Below, in pieces: positions 53,510 through 64,000 of a DNA stretch of 64,000 nt (positions within the stretch are counted from its first letter, which is position 1; every line of letters begins with the position of its first letter). This DNA comes from Alphaproteobacteria bacterium (GTDB lineage Bacteria; Pseudomonadota; Alphaproteobacteria; Rickettsiales; UBA8987). The translations under genes were made by a program, and so were the position numbers. Below the pieces are notes generated by a model. It was not told where the DNA came from and made no database searches. It saw only the letters and a list, made by a program, of their open reading frames with translations. The stretch covers positions 108,898 to 172,897 of the forward strand of contig JAUIFA010000003.1 in NCBI GenBank assembly GCA_030429625.1, written 5' to 3'.

Positions 53510-54841
53510 TTAATTCTTTAATTCATAGACTGTTTGGCCACCAACAACGGTGCGAATGGCACGACCCTTGGTTTTAAAGCTGCTAAATGGGGAGTTTTTA
53601 GATTTGCTAAAAAAGGCTTCAGGCCTTATTTCCCACTCCATGTCTAGGTCGATGAGAGTCAGATCTGCCCGTGCACCTTTTTTTAACCTTCCCGCCGGTT
53701 CACGGATAATATCCGCAGGCTTATAGGTCATTCTTGCCAAAACATCCTTTAAGGAGAGGTGTCCCTGATGTACTAGATTTAGTGATAGGGGTAGCATGGT
53801 TTCCAGACCAACGATACCAAAGGCTGCCTGAGAAATAGGAACTCTTTTTGATTCCTGATCATGTGGTGCGTGATCCGTAGCAATCGCGTCAATAGTCCCA
53901 TCTTTAAAGCCTTCTATAATCGCCTCAATATCTTTTTGACTACGCAGAGGAGGATTCATTTTCGCAAAGGTACGGTAGTCTTTTGCTGCCTCATCGGTCA
54001 GCATAAAATGGTGCGGAGCAGCCTCGCACGTGACGTTAAGCCCTTTGGCTTTCGCCCGCCTAACAGCATCAATAGCCTGATAGGTTGAGATATGGAGTAC
54101 ATGGTAATGGCATTTTGGCGCCAATTCAAGAAGGAGTAAATCTCTTTCTACAATGATGGCTTCCGAAGCGTTTGGAACAGCTTTAACTCCAAGTCGGGTG
54201 GAAACTTCCCCTTCATTAATACAACCACCGTCAGAAAGATTTAAATCTTCTGCATGCTGACAAATCGGCAGATCAAGCATGGAACAATATTCCATTGCCC
54301 GACGCATCACCAGACTGTTCATCACCGGCAGACCATCATCAGTAAAACCGGATACGCCCGCTTTTTTAAGCAGAGCCATTTCAGTAATCTTTTTGCCGTG
54401 TTGTCCCTTGGTAATAGCGCCATAAGCTCTGATATTGCAATAGGCAGATTCTTCTGATTTGTCGTTGATAAAATCCATAATAGAAGGGTCATCAATCACC
54501 GGCTTAGTGTTGGGCATACATACCACCGTGGTCACACCACCAGCAACGGCAGATTTACTTCCTGTTTCAATTGTTTCTTTATATTCCAGACCTGGCTCAC
54601 GGAAATGCACCTGAATATCCAGCAGTCCAGGGGTTAAGAGGTGGCCTTGACAATCAATAATTTCGGCGCCCTCCGGCGTAGCAATATTCTTTCCAAAATC
54701 AATAATCTTAGAGCCTTCTGTCAGCAATGTTCCTTTTTCATCCAATCCACTTTCCGGATCAAAAAGCCGCGCATTAACGTAAGCAACATGCTTCTTTTTA
54801 CTGATTTTCTTTGCTAGCTTATTAAAAATCTGATTTGTCAT
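53510..54841 (-). CDS. pyrC: dihydroorotase (amidohydrolase, pyrB-linked type)
   Basis: 443 aa. DIQVHFREPG metal-binding motif and DHAPH. Downstream of pyrB. Confidence 0.85.
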   Translation of the reverse strand: MTNQIFNKLAKKISKKKHVAYVNARLFDPESGLDEKGTLLTEGSKIIDFGKNIATPEGAEIIDCQGHLLTPGLLDIQVHFREPGLEYKETIETGSKSAVAGGVTTVVCMPNTKPVIDDPSIMDFINDKSEESAYCNIRAYGAITKGQHGKKITEMALLKKAGVSGFTDDGLPVMNSLVMRRAMEYCSMLDLPICQHAEDLNLSDGGCINEGEVSTRLGVKAVPNASEAIIVERDLLLLELAPKCHYHVLHISTYQAIDAVRRAKAKGLNVTCEAAPHHFMLTDEAAKDYRTFAKMNPPLRSQKDIEAIIEGFKDGTIDAIATDHAPHDQESKRVPISQAAFGIVGLETMLPLSLNLVHQGHLSLKDVLARMTYKPADIIREPAGRLKKGARADLTLIDLDMEWEIRPEAFFSKSKNSPFSSFKTKGRAIRTVVGGQTVYELKN

Positions 54842-54847
54842 TTTTTC

Positions 54848-55771
54848 TTATGCCATTAAATCCAAAATTGCCTGCCGCACGGCGACGCCCATTTCCACCT
54901 GATCCAGAATAACGCTTTTATTGATGTCATCGGCCAGATCAGAGCTTATCTCTAAACCACGATTAATAGGGCCAGGGTGCATCACAAATACATTTTCTTT
55001 TGCCAACTCCAGTTTTTCATAAGTTAGGCCGTAAAGATAGAAATATTCTCGCTCAGACGGGAAGAAATTGCCAGACATACGCTCTTGTTGGATGCGTAAC
55101 ATCATGATTACATCTACGTCTTTAATGCCTTCTTCAAGGCTTGTATAGGTTTCTACCCCATAAGATTCGATGGCGATAGGCATTAAGGTAGGGGGCGCAA
55201 TCAGGCGGACTTTAGCCCCCATTTTCTTTAATAATAAAATATTAGAACGTGCCACTCGGCTGTGCATCACATCCCCACAGATGGCCACAGTCATATCCTT
55301 AAAATCTTTCTCACATCTGCGTTTGATGGTCAGTGCATCAAGCAACGCCTGAGTAGGGTGCTCGTGCCAGCCATCTCCCGCGTTAATGACTTTACATTTT
55401 ACTTTTTCAGCCAACAACATGGCCGCGCCACTTTCACTGTGACGTACCGATATAAAATCCGGATGCATGGCGTTGATGGTTGATGCGGTATCTATAAGGG
55501 TTTCGCCCTTTGAAATGGCCATCGATTTGACATTCATATTGATGACATCCGCTCCCAATCGTTTGCCAGCCAGCTCAAAAGAGGTGCGGGTGCGGGTGGA
55601 GTCTTCAAAAAACAGATTGATAAGCGTTCGTCCTTTTAAAATAGGGCGTTTTTTATCTTTTTGGCGGTTAAGTTCAACATATTCCTCACATTTACTAAGG
55701 ATATTATTGATGTCATCTTTGGATAAATCCTCAATTCCCAGTAAATGCTGATGTGGGTATGTATAGCTCAT
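54848..55771 (-). CDS. pyrB: aspartate carbamoyltransferase catalytic subunit
   Basis: 307 aa. Motifs [21 protein letters not shown] and HPGP. Confidence 0.95.
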   Translation of the reverse strand: MSYTYPHQHLLGIEDLSKDDINNILSKCEEYVELNRQKDKKRPILKGRTLINLFFEDSTRTRTSFELAGKRLGADVINMNVKSMAISKGETLIDTASTINAMHPDFISVRHSESGAAMLLAEKVKCKVINAGDGWHEHPTQALLDALTIKRRCEKDFKDMTVAICGDVMHSRVARSNILLLKKMGAKVRLIAPPTLMPIAIESYGVETYTSLEEGIKDVDVIMMLRIQQERMSGNFFPSEREYFYLYGLTYEKLELAKENVFVMHPGPINRGLEISSDLADDINKSVILDQVEMGVAVRQAILDLMA

Positions 55772-55779
55772 TATAAAAA

Positions 55780-56259
55780 TTATAGATCCCTTACTGTTTC
55801 TAAAACTTCTTCAACATGTCCTTCAACTTTGACCTTATCCCAGACTTTTTTAACAATACCATTTTTGCCAATGAGGAAAGTACTGCGCTGAATACCCATG
55901 TAGGTTTTGCCATAATTCATTTTTTCAACCCATACCCCATACGCTTCGCATACGGAAGTATCAACGTCTGCGGCAAGAACAAAGGGAAGATTATATTTTT
56001 CGATAAACCCATCATGAGATTTTACAGAATCTTTCGATATACCGATAATCACCGTGTTACAAGAATTAAATGCGTCGTGATTTTCAGCAAAATCCTGAGC
56101 CTCTCTTGTGCAACCTGGAGTATTATCTTTTGGGTAAAAATACAGGATAACATTTTTATCTTTCAGGTTGGAAAGAGTAAGGGTGTCTCCTCCGGATATG
56201 TCTAAGGTGAAATCTGGTGCATAATCACCGGGTTTGAGTGAAAAATTGTCAGATGTCAT
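55780..56259 (-). CDS. bcp: thioredoxin-dependent peroxiredoxin Bcp
   Basis: 159 aa. Motif [15 protein letters not shown]. Confidence 0.9.
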   Translation of the reverse strand: MTSDNFSLKPGDYAPDFTLDISGGDTLTLSNLKDKNVILYFYPKDNTPGCTREAQDFAENHDAFNSCNTVIIGISKDSVKSHDGFIEKYNLPFVLAADVDTSVCEAYGVWVEKMNYGKTYMGIQRSTFLIGKNGIVKKVWDKVKVEGHVEEVLETVRDL

Positions 56260-56269
56260 ATATCTCCTC

Positions 56270-59254
56270 CTAACGTATTATGTCTTTAAAAAGTTTTTGT
56301 ACTTTTTTTTGCGTCGAAACAAGCTTTTTCTTCAATATATTAAAATCTTTTACCTTCATAAAAAGTGCAAGTGCTTTTTTCGTATCCTCTTCAATTTCTG
56401 CTTTGTCGCTTATGTCGGTAGAAATTAGCCGGATTGCTGTCTGGGTGCGTGAATATAATTGTTCTGCCTCAATAAGCAGGTCAGCCTGATGTTTGGACAA
56501 TATGTTGTTTTCTAAAAGCATGCGGATTGCTCGCTTGGTATTGCGTTGTAAAATCATAGGATTGTCACAGGCATTGTTAAGTTGCAGATATTGAATAATA
56601 TATTCAAGATCAATAAGACCACCATCAACATTTTTTACTGCCAAGGGGTTTTTAAGATATTTACTGTCTTTCATTTTGGCATGAATGTGAAGCAATCCTT
56701 CAATAAGTTCTTTATGATTCCACCGTCTTTGCAGTTTGTTTTTTATGGTTTCTTCCACCCGTTGTCTGAAATCCTGTGAACCAGTAATAACCCGTGCTCG
56801 TGTGAGAGCCATAAATTCCCATGCCCAGGCAGAACCGTTTATCTCGTCTGTTCCATAATAGAGGTTAAAAGCTTCAAGCGTGGTGGCTGCGGGACCATCA
56901 TTGCCGGAAGGGCGTAAGCGTATATCCACATCGTAGAGCCGTCCTTCGCGCGTCATCGCAGTCAGTGCGGCAACAAATCTTCGGCTCAAGCGGATGAAAT
57001 ACTGGCTGGCGGGCAAGGGTTTTTCACCATTTGATTCATTTACATTGTGGTTTAACTCATAAATAAATACCAAATCAAGATCTGAAGCAAAGGTTAACTC
57101 TTCTCCACCAAGTTTTCCTAATGCCACAATGGCAAAATTGCTGCTTGGAATAGATCCATGTTTGTCTCTAAAGTCCTTTTCTACTTCATCAAAAACAGTC
57201 TCAACCGAAATATCTGCAATGCGTGATAAGGTGCGTGTAGCATCTCTATGGCTAATTTTATCTTTAATCAGTTGAATGGCTACCCGAAAGCGTCGGTCAT
57301 TGGTCCAATTTCTTACAACATGTAAGACATGTTCAAGATCATGTTGCGGGTTCTGCAGGATCATTTTGTTAATATTTTCTTCCATTGCTGTTCTTTTTGG
57401 AAAGGCACTGTAGAATTCTGGAGCAAGGACATAATCAAGCAGATTGGGATTGCGACTCAGCATATCCGCAATTTGGGGATATGAACCCATAATGTAGGAG
57501 ATAAGGTCAAGCAGGGCAGGGTTAGAATAAAACAAAGAAAATATTTGCACTCCTGCAGGCAATTTGGTTAGAAATTCATCAAACTTCTTAAAGGCCATGT
57601 CTGGATTTTTTGATTTTGAAAGGGAAATAATCAGTACCGGCATAAGCTCGGTTAGGATCTCCCTCGCACGGGTGGTTCTTGTGGCTCTGCGTCGTCCATG
57701 ATGCCAACCACGGATGATACTGCATACGGTTTGAGCATCATGAAAGCCAAGGTTTGTCAGTGTCTTAACGGTTTCTGGATCATTGTCACTGCCGGTGAAA
57801 ACCAGATTCCCATAACTTTCGGGAACATCCATCGCTAAAGAAGGGGAGTTATCAAACAATTCTGAATAGTGTCCCATAACATTTTTAATCAAACCTAATA
57901 AGTAATCGGTAAAAACATGTCCGTCCTCAAAACCCATAAAGTGGGCGATTTCGTTCATTCCTTCCTCTGATTCAGGCAGTGTATGGGTTTGTTGGTCTCC
58001 TACCATTTGTAGTCTATGCTCTAATGTGCGGTAGAACACGTAAGCATCATTCAACTCATCACATATGTTCTGGGAGATTTCTTTGGCGTGTACAAGTTCT
58101 TGCAAAGCCCCACAGGTGGCAGAATTTTGTAAATAAGGTCTTCTTCCCCCGAAAATGAGCTGTTGGGTTTGTGCAAAGAATTCTATTTCCCGGATTCCAC
58201 CATGCCCTAGCTTAACGTTATAACCGTATAAATCTTGGGGTAGGTTGCCTTGCTTGGCATCAATCTGTCTTTTGATAGAGTGAATGTCCTCAATACTAGC
58301 AAAATCTAGAGAGCGCCGCCACACATACGGTGTTATCATGTCCATAAAGCTTTTGCATGATTCTGGATCACCCGCAATTGCACGGGCTTTAATCATTGCT
58401 GCGCGCTCCCAGTTCTGCCCAACGGTTTCGTAGTAAATTTCTGCGGCATCCAGTGAGACCGCAGGTGGCATAGAACCCGGGTCTGGGCGCAGGCGTAAAT
58501 CGACCCGAAACACATAACCATCCTTGGTTCTTTCGCTAATGATTTCAGCCAGCGATTGGGTAAAGCGAATAAAGAAACGTGACTCACTTTGCTTGCCAAT
58601 GTAATTAATCTTATCTTTTTCATAAAACACAATCAGGTCAATGTCGCTGGAATAGTTAAGTTCATACGACCCTAATTTCCCCATCGCTAGCACCACTAGC
58701 CCTGAATGCAATTGTGGGCTTTGTGGGTCAGATAAAATAATATTACCGTTCTTACTTTCTTGTTCTAATAAAAAATTGCATGTTAATTGGACACTGATTT
58801 CAGCAAAAATACTTAACTTTTGTGTGACTTCTTCCAGATTATAGATACCGGTGATATCTGCTAAGGCAATTAACAAAGAAATATGACGTTTGGCGATGCG
58901 TAATTCTGCCATAATACTGTCTTTGCTGTAGAAAATTTTGCTTTTTAAGCCTTCAATGATTGCATTGAATGTATCATCATAACCCGAAATTTTGGATCGT
59001 GTGTCGATCATATTTAAAAAGAAATCCGCATCCTTATGTAAAATACTGCTTAGATATGGACTGTAGGTGAAAATACATAACAACAGCTCCTTACCTGTTT
59101 TGTTTTCTAGTAACATGTTGGCCTTAGACACAATGTCTGGATCATAATATTTGTTAACATGAGCTATCCAGTCCTCGATGGCACCGTTGGTGGTATCATC
59201 AATGCGAGCCTTTGGGATATAAATATCAGACGATAAGATGGTAGAATATTGCAT
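56270..59254 (-). CDS. glnE: bifunctional glutamine synthetase adenylyltransferase/adenylyl-removing enzyme
   Basis: 994 aa. Two nucleotidyltransferase modules (GKLGSYELNYSSDIDLIVFY and GKLGGEELTFASDLDLVFIY). Confidence 0.9.
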   Translation of the reverse strand: MQYSTILSSDIYIPKARIDDTTNGAIEDWIAHVNKYYDPDIVSKANMLLENKTGKELLLCIFTYSPYLSSILHKDADFFLNMIDTRSKISGYDDTFNAIIEGLKSKIFYSKDSIMAELRIAKRHISLLIALADITGIYNLEEVTQKLSIFAEISVQLTCNFLLEQESKNGNIILSDPQSPQLHSGLVVLAMGKLGSYELNYSSDIDLIVFYEKDKINYIGKQSESRFFIRFTQSLAEIISERTKDGYVFRVDLRLRPDPGSMPPAVSLDAAEIYYETVGQNWERAAMIKARAIAGDPESCKSFMDMITPYVWRRSLDFASIEDIHSIKRQIDAKQGNLPQDLYGYNVKLGHGGIREIEFFAQTQQLIFGGRRPYLQNSATCGALQELVHAKEISQNICDELNDAYVFYRTLEHRLQMVGDQQTHTLPESEEGMNEIAHFMGFEDGHVFTDYLLGLIKNVMGHYSELFDNSPSLAMDVPESYGNLVFTGSDNDPETVKTLTNLGFHDAQTVCSIIRGWHHGRRRATRTTRAREILTELMPVLIISLSKSKNPDMAFKKFDEFLTKLPAGVQIFSLFYSNPALLDLISYIMGSYPQIADMLSRNPNLLDYVLAPEFYSAFPKRTAMEENINKMILQNPQHDLEHVLHVVRNWTNDRRFRVAIQLIKDKISHRDATRTLSRIADISVETVFDEVEKDFRDKHGSIPSSNFAIVALGKLGGEELTFASDLDLVFIYELNHNVNESNGEKPLPASQYFIRLSRRFVAALTAMTREGRLYDVDIRLRPSGNDGPAATTLEAFNLYYGTDEINGSAWAWEFMALTRARVITGSQDFRQRVEETIKNKLQRRWNHKELIEGLLHIHAKMKDSKYLKNPLAVKNVDGGLIDLEYIIQYLQLNNACDNPMILQRNTKRAIRMLLENNILSKHQADLLIEAEQLYSRTQTAIRLISTDISDKAEIEEDTKKALALFMKVKDFNILKKKLVSTQKKVQKLFKDIIR

Positions 59255-59354
59255 TAAATCCTAAAAATACCTGTAAATTTGTTTTCTTGATCCTAGACTC
59301 TATATAACAAATTCTTGATGAAATCCAAAAAAATATTCCCGCATAGACGCTTAT

Positions 59355-62300
59355 ATGTTATGGGTGTCTCTTGAAGTTTTCTTTGATGTTGAGAGAAGGG
59401 TTTTTGTGCAGGCGGTTATTAGCACATCTTTACGCAAAATAGTTGTTGTCATATTGGCACTGGTGATGGTCAGTATAAGCATTTTTGTGTTTATGATTGT
59501 TTCGGGAAAAAGATCTATCCCCTACATACCGCAACATATTGAAAATACTCTAAATTCTCTAAATATCGGTTATAAATTTGATGTAGAAGAGGCTTTCTTC
59601 AGTTGGGACAGTCGTCACAATGAGGCAGGTATTATATTAACGGAAGTAAATATCACAAAACAGAAAGACAATCTTAAAATCATATCGTTACCTACGGTGA
59701 ACGTAAAGCTGGATTTTAGCCGGCTGGTATATGGGAAGGCTACCTTTGAAGAAATTATTATCAACAACCCCAACTTTATTATTGAAGACATCTTTTCGGT
59801 AAAAGAAAGCCTAGAAGACAAGCCTCAGGCTCCTTATGTAATAAATAATTTCAGCACCATAATTTCCGCTATTACGGGTGCGATTAAGGGCAATAATAAT
59901 GAAATTCCGATCAAATCAATAAAAATGAATGGGGTTGGCTTGCAAGAAAATACTGCTGGCACAGAAACACACTGGTATTTTCCTTCAATAACTTTTGGTG
60001 TGGAAGATGTAGGGCATGTCTATCAGTTTTCTACCAGTGTTGAAGGGTTATATAAGGAAAATATTTTTAAGTTTGATGCGATAGGTGATTTACAGGATGA
60101 CGGTTCGGTAAAGGTGCGTTCACGTATTTTAAACATGTCACCAAGTCTGATTGTCCAGCTGTTCCCAAATTTTTCTTTCTATAGCGAATTGTCTCATAAA
60201 ATAAAGGGCGAAAGTTCGTTTTCTATTGCTAAGGACGGTATGTTAAGTGATATGGAATTTACCATGCATCTGGGGGGAGCAGACGCGACAGAATCAGGGA
60301 TGCTTGATATTACAGGGAAACTAAAACTCTATTCAGGTTATAAGGAATATCTTATCGCCCCTGAAATATCTGCCAGAGCCGTAGTGCGTAATTTAAATAT
60401 GGAAGATTTAGCAAAATTTTGGCCCGCAAGTTTTGCCCCTCAGGTACGACTATGGGTGACCTCACGTATTCAAAAAGGCAAATATAGTAGGGCAGAAGCC
60501 ATAATGAAAATCTCGCCAGAGGAATTCATTGCTCAGGAAATAAAACCGGACTCTATTGCGGCAATTGTTGCTTTTGAAGATGCAGAACTTAATTATTATG
60601 AAGGTCTGCCAATATTTTACAATGCTAGCGGTTATACGAAATTCTCCCGTGGTGTGATGGACATGAAAATAACCAAGGGAAGAATCAAGGGTTCAAACTT
60701 AAACTCAGGATATATCAGCATTAATAAGGTGGAAGATGACAACTTTAAAATTACCATTAACGGATCATTTGATGGTGGTGTACAGGATTTGGTTGAGTTT
60801 TATGACATTGACAATCAGGAGGCAGACAGCAAAACCAAAGATTTTCTTAAAGCCATTACGGGAGATGCCAAAACAGAACTTGCTATTAATTTCCTTATTT
60901 CTGAGAATGAGGAGGACGTAAAGGATTTTGATGTAAAATTGATCTCACATTTGCAAGATGTTTACACGCACAATATTGATTATAACCTTGAGATTGCTAA
61001 AGGTGAGCTGGATATCATTCTGCACAATGATGTTTTTTCTTTAAAAGGCGACGGTCTTCTCAATGGCATCACTAGCACGGTGGAATATTATCAGCAGGAA
61101 GGAGAAAACAAAGAGGAGGAAAGCCATTACACGGTAAAAATGACATTAAACGGCAGTCAGGATTTGGCTAAATTTAATCTTGATAGTTTTAATGCGATAG
61201 ACGGTGCATTTGATGTGACCTATCATGAGATACGGACGGACAATAATAGAAGGGCGTTTATTGGGGCGGATTTATCCAAAGCAAAGATAAATATTCCTCT
61301 TATCGGATTTAATAAAGATGTGGACATTCCGCTAAAGGCTAAAGTTATTCTCTCAGACCTTCAGCAACAGGACATGTACGTTATCAAATCTTTTTCTCTT
61401 GAGGGCGAGGGGGTTGATATTGCGGGCAATGCTTCAATTTCAAGTAAAGAAGACGGTTACTTTAATTTTGTCTTTGATAGGCTTCAATATGGTAATAACG
61501 ATGCTAATGTTAGCTTTAGCCGCGTGGAAAAGGACTATTACAAGATTTCTGTCAAGGGCGTGGCCATTGATTTAGAATCACTCATTGCCTATAAGGAAGA
61601 GTTAACAGATCTTGATGATGCACAAAAAGAGGTTGAAAAAGAAAACAATATTAATAGTGCGTATAAGCAGCCTTTTGCTTTAGACATTGTTTTGGATGTG
61701 GAAAAGGTTTTTATGGCCAATGAGATTCAAATTTATAACATGCGTGGGTTATATAAACAGAAGAAAGAGTCGTTAGAGAACATCATGCTTGAAGGACAAT
61801 TTTCTAATGGTGGAGGATTTAAGGTACATTTTGATGATCTAAGTCGCGGAGGCGATCAATACACCACTTTAAGTCTTAACAGTGACCATGCGGGAGCGTT
61901 TTTGTCTGCTCTAGATCTGAGTACCCATGTTGTTGGTGGGTTGTTAGAAATATCTGCTAAGCAGCCAGCAGAAAGTAATGATTTTGAGGAGGGAAAAATT
62001 ATTATGAAGAAATTTTCCATCGTTAAAGCCCCTATCTTAGGTAAGATTTTCTCATTAGCATCATTTTCTGGCATATTAGATGCTCTAAACGGCAAGGGAA
62101 TTATTTTTAGTAAATTAAAGGGTGAGTTTAATATTAAAAAGAATTTCCTTTATTTAACAGACATGAAAATGTCGGGTGATGCTATCGGGATTACCGCACA
62201 GGGCAACATTGATATTAAAAATAAAATTTATGATTTAACCGGTTCGGTAGTTCCGGCCTATGGCATTAATTCATTTTTAGGCAAAGTACCGCTTCTGGGA

Positions 62301-62480
62301 AAAATATTAATCGGGAAGGAAGGTGAAGGAATCATTGCCTCACGTTTTAGTATTAAAGACAGTATGAGCAACCCTAACGTAACGGTCAATCCGTTTAGCA
62401 TGCTCACCCCTGGTTTTCTACGTGGAATTTGGGGTGAAAGCTCCAGCGAAGAAAAACCCGAAGAAGAAATCGAGGATTAA
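59355..62480 (+). CDS. AsmA/YhdP-like large envelope protein (DUF3971 + AsmA_2-like C-terminus)
   Basis: 1041 aa. N-terminal TM anchor and predicted long beta-rich body. C-terminal block GSVVPAYGINSFLGKVPLLGKIL.G.EGEG..A..F.I is typical of the family. Start codon uncertain. Confidence 0.7.
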   Translation: MLWVSLEVFFDVERRVFVQAVISTSLRKIVVVILALVMVSISIFVFMIVSGKRSIPYIPQHIENTLNSLNIGYKFDVEEAFFSWDSRHNEAGIILTEVNITKQKDNLKIISLPTVNVKLDFSRLVYGKATFEEIIINNPNFIIEDIFSVKESLEDKPQAPYVINNFSTIISAITGAIKGNNNEIPIKSIKMNGVGLQENTAGTETHWYFPSITFGVEDVGHVYQFSTSVEGLYKENIFKFDAIGDLQDDGSVKVRSRILNMSPSLIVQLFPNFSFYSELSHKIKGESSFSIAKDGMLSDMEFTMHLGGADATESGMLDITGKLKLYSGYKEYLIAPEISARAVVRNLNMEDLAKFWPASFAPQVRLWVTSRIQKGKYSRAEAIMKISPEEFIAQEIKPDSIAAIVAFEDAELNYYEGLPIFYNASGYTKFSRGVMDMKITKGRIKGSNLNSGYISINKVEDDNFKITINGSFDGGVQDLVEFYDIDNQEADSKTKDFLKAITGDAKTELAINFLISENEEDVKDFDVKLISHLQDVYTHNIDYNLEIAKGELDIILHNDVFSLKGDGLLNGITSTVEYYQQEGENKEEESHYTVKMTLNGSQDLAKFNLDSFNAIDGAFDVTYHEIRTDNNRRAFIGADLSKAKINIPLIGFNKDVDIPLKAKVILSDLQQQDMYVIKSFSLEGEGVDIAGNASISSKEDGYFNFVFDRLQYGNNDANVSFSRVEKDYYKISVKGVAIDLESLIAYKEELTDLDDAQKEVEKENNINSAYKQPFALDIVLDVEKVFMANEIQIYNMRGLYKQKKESLENIMLEGQFSNGGGFKVHFDDLSRGGDQYTTLSLNSDHAGAFLSALDLSTHVVGGLLEISAKQPAESNDFEEGKIIMKKFSIVKAPILGKIFSLASFSGILDALNGKGIIFSKLKGEFNIKKNFLYLTDMKMSGDAIGITAQGNIDIKNKIYDLTGSVVPAYGINSFLGKVPLLGKILIGKEGEGIIASRFSIKDSMSNPNVTVNPFSMLTPGFLRGIWGESSSEEKPEEEIED

Positions 62481-63224
62481 TTAATAATCTACTTTCATAA
62501 AATATAATCCACAGGCGGGGGCAGTTGGACCAGCCGCACAACGGTCTTTGGCTTCAAGTGCTTTTTTAACATCAGCGGGCTGCCATTTTCCTTCCCCAAC
62601 CAGCTTTAATGTGCCAACAATATTACGCACCATATTGTGCAGGAAGGAAAGCCCTTCAACATCAATGTAGACAGTATCCCCTTCTTGGGAAATAGAAATT
62701 TTATCCAATGTTTTTATCGGCGAGTTTGCCTGACATTCTGCGGCTCTAAAGCTGGAAAAATCATGTTGTCCTACTAGAAATCCAGCGGCTTCACGCATTG
62801 CAGGAATATCAAGTTCTTTGTGGATACACCACGCACGGTTTTTTTCAAGAACCAAGGGCGCTTGGCGATTGATTATATGGTAGCGATAATAGCGTTTTTT
62901 AGCATCAAAACGGGCATTAAACTCTGCATGTACTTTTTCTATGTTTAAAAGAGCGGTAGGTTTGTTTTCAAGATGGTAGTTAATCCCATGCTGAATTTTG
63001 TACAATTCTCGTTCTGCTTCAAGATCAAAATGAATCACTTGTCCACGCGCGTGGACTCCCGCATCGGTTCGACCGGAACATTGAACACGCACAGTTTCTT
63101 GACAAAATTTAAAAATAGCCTCTTCAATAAACTCCTGCACAGTAGGCATAGCAGGGGACTTTTGTGCCTGCCATCCGGCAAGTCCCGTCCCATCATATTC
63201 AACAATTGCTTTGTATCTTTGCAT
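62481..63224 (-). CDS. truA: tRNA pseudouridine(38-40) synthase
   Basis: 247 aa. Motifs YDGTGLAGWQ and GRTDAGVHA (catalytic Asp). Confidence 0.9.
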   Translation of the reverse strand: MQRYKAIVEYDGTGLAGWQAQKSPAMPTVQEFIEEAIFKFCQETVRVQCSGRTDAGVHARGQVIHFDLEAERELYKIQHGINYHLENKPTALLNIEKVHAEFNARFDAKKRYYRYHIINRQAPLVLEKNRAWCIHKELDIPAMREAAGFLVGQHDFSSFRAAECQANSPIKTLDKISISQEGDTVYIDVEGLSFLHNMVRNIVGTLKLVGEGKWQPADVKKALEAKDRCAAGPTAPACGLYFMKVDY

Positions 63225-63294
63225 TCGTTTATTACTTTATTTTTTTGTAAAATATGTGTATAACATCCCCATTATAAAAAATATAGGGGCTGTT

Positions 63295-63819
63295 ATGGTA
63301 AAATATAATATTTCTATGCGTATATTACATTGGTTGATGGCAATTCTGATCCTTTGCCTGATTGCTGTTGGTTTTTATATGGAAGGGTTGCCAAAGGAAG
63401 ACCCTATCAAATATACACTCTATGGCCTGCATAAATCTTTTGGGGTAATGATTATTTTCCTTTTTGTTGTTAGAATTATTACCCGCATACGTTCTTCTAT
63501 CCCTCCATTGCCAGAAGGGATAAAGCCGCTTGAAAAGAAATTGTCGCATGGGATACATCATTTATTGTATCTGTTTATGATTCTTGTGCCTGTTTCCGGA
63601 TATGTAATGTCGGATGCTGGCGGGCATGACGTAAAATTTTTCGGCTTATTGATGCCAGATTTCTTTGAAAAAAATAAGGAAATAGGGGGTATAGCGCACG
63701 AAATGCATGAAATTATACCCTACGTTTTGTTAGGGATTGTGATATTACATGTTGCTGGAGCGATAAAACATCGCTTCTTTGAGCCAAAAGAAAATGACGT
63801 TATCGGACGGATGCTCTAA
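63295..63819 (+). CDS. cytochrome b561 family protein (CybB/YceJ-like)
   Basis: Contains MRILHWLMAILIL, four TM segments and conserved His residues (HKSFG, HHLLY, HEIIPY, HVAGAIKH). The ATG at 63295 is preferred over the track start 63211, which overlaps truA. Confidence 0.8.
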   Translation: MVKYNISMRILHWLMAILILCLIAVGFYMEGLPKEDPIKYTLYGLHKSFGVMIIFLFVVRIITRIRSSIPPLPEGIKPLEKKLSHGIHHLLYLFMILVPVSGYVMSDAGGHDVKFFGLLMPDFFEKNKEIGGIAHEMHEIIPYVLLGIVILHVAGAIKHRFFEPKENDVIGRML

Positions 63820-63867
63820 ACAATATATTTAATATCTTCGACGAAAATGTGGATTAGAACAATAAAA

Positions 63868-63895
63868 GGCGGAGAGTTCCCCGCCTTTTTCTTTT
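63868..63895. terminator. bidirectional terminator between convergent genes
   Basis: Stem ggcggag / ccccgcc (one mismatch), loop agtt. An A-run lies upstream and TTTTTCTTTT downstream. Confidence 0.6.
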
Positions 63896-63909
63896 AGATG
63901 TGTAACCTA

Positions 63910-64000
63910 TTATACTAGGATAATATCTGACTCTGTAAGAGTAGACACACCAACCAATGTAATGGAGTTGTAATCGTCAATGGACAATACGCCATTTTCA
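63910..64000 (-). CDS. 3' end of a gene continuing beyond the window (possibly another RTX-type protein)
   Basis: My reverse-strand translation is ...ENGVLSIDDYNSITLVGVSTLTESDIILV*. The ending resembles that of the 815-aa RTX protein (...GALTDADFIFS). Only 30 codons are visible. Confidence 0.3.
   Translation of the reverse strand, partial: ENGVLSIDDYNSITLVGVSTLTESDIILV

Overview
AT-rich chromosomal segment, most likely from an alphaproteobacterium. The lineage is inferred from a divK-pleD operon, GapR (DUF2312), a PopZ-like DUF2497 protein, RpoH, a 667-aa ParE and a class II DAHP synthase. I support about 65 protein genes, one tRNA-Arg(CCU), and one small ribosomal gene missing from the ORF track (rpmJ, 48463-48588). 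Most of the window is housekeeping. This includes parE, rpsT, maeB, ruvX, rpoH, ndk, purMN, aromatic amino-acid genes, an oxyR / ahpC-ahpD-dps oxidative-stress cluster, prs-rplY-pth-ychF, yajC-secD, folKP-tadA, tolC, pyrBC, bcp, glnE and truA. Six accessory patches stand out. (1) A 5.5-kb integrase-less islet sits at tRNA-Arg, bounded by perfect 55-bp direct repeats (32988-33042 and 38570-38624). It carries a 1430-aa protein (class-3 lipase, RTX, cadherin-like domains, novel tandem repeats) and a translationally coupled 284-292-aa secreted partner. (2) Next to it lie four tandem prepilin-type paralogs (39246-42209) plus a small 4-TM protein, with no pilus or T2SS machinery in the window. (3) A fifth paralog of that family lies directly after a second RTX protein (14723-18023). 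(4) An uncharacterised three-gene cluster (1751-3985) encodes two repeat-rich paralogs and a secreted Tyr/Asp/Glu-rich protein. (5) A histidine kinase is paired with a REC-GHKL(ATPase-like) hybrid regulator, followed by an orphan DUF3168 phage/GTA tail gene. (6) An EF-hand / ECF sigma / anti-sigma / Spy-like module abuts the att site. No CRISPR array, rRNA, transposase or integrase was found. All family assignments come from motif recognition by eye, and no database search was run.
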